A stretch of DNA of 63,892 nucleotides, the filler included, from Octopus bimaculoides (Eukaryota): the NCBI RefSeq assembly GCF_001194135.2. It is 5 parts of 5 records of this genome, joined end to end, with 100 filler letters (N's around TTAATTAATTAA, not from the genome) between each part and the next. Parts side by side here need not be neighbours in the genome. Positions count along the whole stretch, not along the records: positions 62,534 to 63,892 come from NC_068982.1; 4 more parts are not named here. One strand, 5' to 3'. The notes under the pieces are model-generated. The model had not been told where the DNA came from, did not search any database, and worked only from the letters and a program-made list of their open reading frames with translations. Positions 62,894 to 63,892 of the stretch are shown here, piece by piece. The translations under genes were made by a program, and so were the position numbers. How positions within the stretch are numbered: position 1 is the stretch's first letter; each line of letters opens with the position of its first letter.

Positions 62894-63740
62894 GTGGTGA
62901 ATAAACTGTTGTCTAAATTACGCAAAAATGAAAATAACGCTAACATCTCATTTTAACAGATATATTTACCAAAATTAGATAAAAATATATTGAAATACTA
63001 AAGAGTAAATTTATTCAATAAAATCGCCATTGCCTTCAACCACGGCCTCCTGATGACTTTGGAATATCCTGCAACTCTTCTGGATGGTCTCCTTGTTTGT
63101 GAATGCTGCCATAATCCTTGCCTCCAGTTCATCTTTGGTGTTACAACAAGTTTTGTTGGTCTCTCATTCAACTGCGCCCCACACATAATAATCAAGGGGG
63201 TTGCAGTGTGGGGAGTGAGGTGGTGAGATGTTAGAGGTGATGTGGTCGCAGAAATTGTCTGACAGCCATGACTGGGTTCTCCTGTTTGTGTGGCATGCTG
63301 CTGAGTCCAGACATAGGATCTTCCAGCAGCCACCCTCTTGACACAGGGCAGCACTACCTCCTTCAGGCACATGATGTAAGCCTTTGTGTTGAGTGCGAGG
63401 TCGTCTGAAAGATGAATGGAAGCATAACGTCGCCATCACCAGTGATCACTCCAAACATCATAATGCTGACTGGATGTTTGATTTTTATCACTCTCAGTAC
63501 ATGTCCTCAGATTGACACTCTTAAATGTTCATATTGGAGCTCCTTGCATGAATGCCAAGCAGTACAGCATGTTGTTTCAAAATTTCTGGCAGAGTGAATT
63601 GCATCATGGTGCTGTTTTTCTCACAGATGGTACCCAACTGACCCTACTATACTGTGTAGTTGGCAAAATGAGAAACAAACTATGCACATGTGTGAAATTT
63701 AAAATATATAAAATGGCAACAATTTACCCATCGCACCCTG
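62888..63740 (-). mobile_element. DD37D (maT-type) transposon copy with both ends and an internal deletion
   Basis: The ends are TAGGGTGTGGTGAATAAAC / ..TCGCACCCTG|TA. In LDSAACHTNRRTQSWLSDNFCDHITSNISPPHSPHCNPLDYYVWG, 37 residues separate the second and third D. Confidence 0.9.
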
Positions 63741-63777
63741 TATATGTATACATACATACATACATACATACATACAT

Positions 63778-63855
<78 letters not shown>

Positions 63856-63892
63856 GTATACTTATATATGCTTGTATATATATGTATGTATA

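Overview
AT-rich, microsatellite-dense eukaryotic scaffold with many N gaps. The SINE, RTE-tail and degenerate C2H2-ZNF content strongly suggests an octopus (coleoid cephalopod) genome; this is inferred, not proven. It contains one intact gene, an intronless GT31 beta-1,3-glycosyltransferase (29124-30332, +). It also contains the 3' half of an adhesion (7tm_2) GPCR. Two of its exons sit on a gap-flanked contig in the opposite orientation to the other two, and its C-tail appears frameshifted by 1 nt. Three degenerate C2H2 zinc-finger arrays lie in a block shaped by local inverted duplications. The rest is TE debris: Helitrons (one with both ends), Tc1/mariner elements (DD37D maT-type, mariner-type, DD41D-like), a hAT/Buster fragment, RTE, L1/Tx1-like and Penelope retroelements, MITEs and many tRNA-derived SINEs. 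A degenerate type-I hammerhead ribozyme sits inside a palindrome at about 48.2 kb. Most ORFs in the track are microsatellite or N-gap artefacts. There are no CRISPR arrays, rRNA or true tRNA genes. All identities and counts are by-eye estimates.
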